60,609 nt of DNA from the NCBI GenBank assembly GCA_041737265.1, contig JBGSSC010000475.1, positions 1 through 60,609 on the forward strand, read 5' to 3'. Below the pieces are notes generated by a model. The model did no database searches. It was not told where the DNA came from and saw nothing but the letters and a program-made list of their open reading frames with translations. Position numbers and translations under genes: made by a program. The stretch comes from Terrimicrobiaceae bacterium. Lineage in GTDB: Bacteria > Verrucomicrobiota > Verrucomicrobiia > Chthoniobacterales > Terrimicrobiaceae. The stretch's first letter is position 1. Each line of letters begins with the position of its first letter. This document shows, piece by piece, positions 60,151 through 60,609 of this stretch.

Positions 60151-60609
60151 CTACACCTTCGCGATCCAACCTCGAATTTCAAGTGCATTCAGCCGAGCAC
60201 GAACCGTGGAGACTTTACCTTCCTCCCAATCAAACGCGGTCGGAACGTTATCGGGATCACCTGCACCAGGGTCAATAAGATCGCGAAAGACACCGAATTT
60301 GGTGACGGTATCCTCGACAGAGTAAAGATGCGCGTGCGCCGTGGGCGCTCCATTCGTCCATTCCCAAACGACCTCCTTATTTTTTTCAGTCGCTATGAGG
60401 AGCTTCTTGACTGCCATGGCGATTTCTTTGTCCAGGCCATCCGTCTTCAAGGTTTTCAGCGTCGCTGCCACATCCTTGAGGGTATCTTCTGGACGCACAC
60501 CCTTCAACGTTTCATCCAAGCCGACAGAGGACACCTGCTTGTGCCAATAATGGCGCTGGATGGTTTCGATCGTATCGCCCGACCAAGCAGATACTTTCAT
60601 GATGGTGAT
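60151..60609 (-). CDS. tyrosine-recombinase-like protein, C-terminal part (continues beyond the window) with an unusual ~125-aa tail
   Basis: The frame is open to the window edge. AWSGDTIETIQRHYWH resembles the LGHS.I.TT.RYxH block that carries the catalytic Tyr. About 125 further residues follow, where recombinases normally end within ~30 aa. Confidence 0.4.
   Translation of the reverse strand: MTIMKVSAWSGDTIETIQRHYWHKQVSSVGLDETLKGVRPEDTLKDVAATLKTLKTDGLDKEIAMAVKKLLIATEKNKEVVWEWTNGAPTAHAHLYSVEDTVTKFGVFRDLIDPGAGDPDNVPTAFDWEEGKVSTVRARLNALEIRGWIAKV

Noticed and set aside
1-60609. CRISPR arrays, rRNA genes, IS elements or transposases, and toxin-antitoxin or restriction-type defence genes.
   Set aside because: I saw no regularly spaced short direct repeats, no rRNA-like conserved stretches, no DDE or HUH transposase motifs, and no recognisable defence-gene motifs in any sizeable ORF. 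The window is dominated by carbohydrate-active and transport genes.

Overview
60.6-kb GC-rich bacterial chromosomal segment that reads as a dense glycan-utilisation region without SusC/D. It most likely comes from a PVC-group bacterium, probably Verrucomicrobiota. That call is inference from one autotransporter-associated beta-strand-repeat protein, two prepilin-like H-X9-DG proteins, and many lipoprotein or cytoplasmic glycoside hydrolases. I support about 37 protein genes in seven operon-like blocks. (1) Propeller, MFS and clan-A hydrolase, 1-4545 (+). (2) PATR protein, GH20, DUF4091/GH123-like lipoprotein and DUF5107, 4851-13312 (+), followed by a second, roughly nine-in-ten identical DUF4091 lipoprotein gene at 13786-17430. 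(3) Two LamG lectin-domain genes, 17648-22044 (+). (4) H-X9-DG pseudopilin, GH2, GH63/37-like and GH29, 22181-29329 (+). (5) MFS, GH13, GH2, mini-ORF, propeller and GHL6-like, 40213-29948 (-), divergent from a GntR-HTH/LacI-type regulator at 40540-41652. (6) DUF4838 lipoprotein, H-X9-DG pseudopilin and LamG lipoprotein, 42121-48624 (+). (7) MFS, TIM-barrel hydrolase, GH78-like, NagB-like, PfkB kinase, 103-aa protein and amidohydrolase, 49822-58837 (+). The right edge (58.8-60.6 kb) looks lower in GC and carries a tRNA 3'-end fragment next to a tyrosine-recombinase-like gene. I saw no rRNA, intact tRNA, CRISPR array or transposase. The most interesting observations are these. (a) A module recurs in which a prepilin-like H-X9-DG gene is packed tightly against secreted LamG, lipoprotein or GH genes (two intact copies plus one relic); this is a candidate undescribed pseudopilin-coupled glycan-harvesting system. 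(b) A conserved upstream element with a CAAGA-N11-TCTTG dyad occurs three times, in front of non-homologous surface-protein genes. (c) There is an unusual density of recombination scars: a mosaic pseudogene, a chimeric GH2-N/GH29-C ORF, orphan domain relics, and an in-frame TAG that cuts a GH2 gene just before its predicted nucleophile. (d) Twin TTCAC/GTGAA palindromes lie between the regulator and the minus-strand operon. All family names come from motif recognition by eye; no searches were run.
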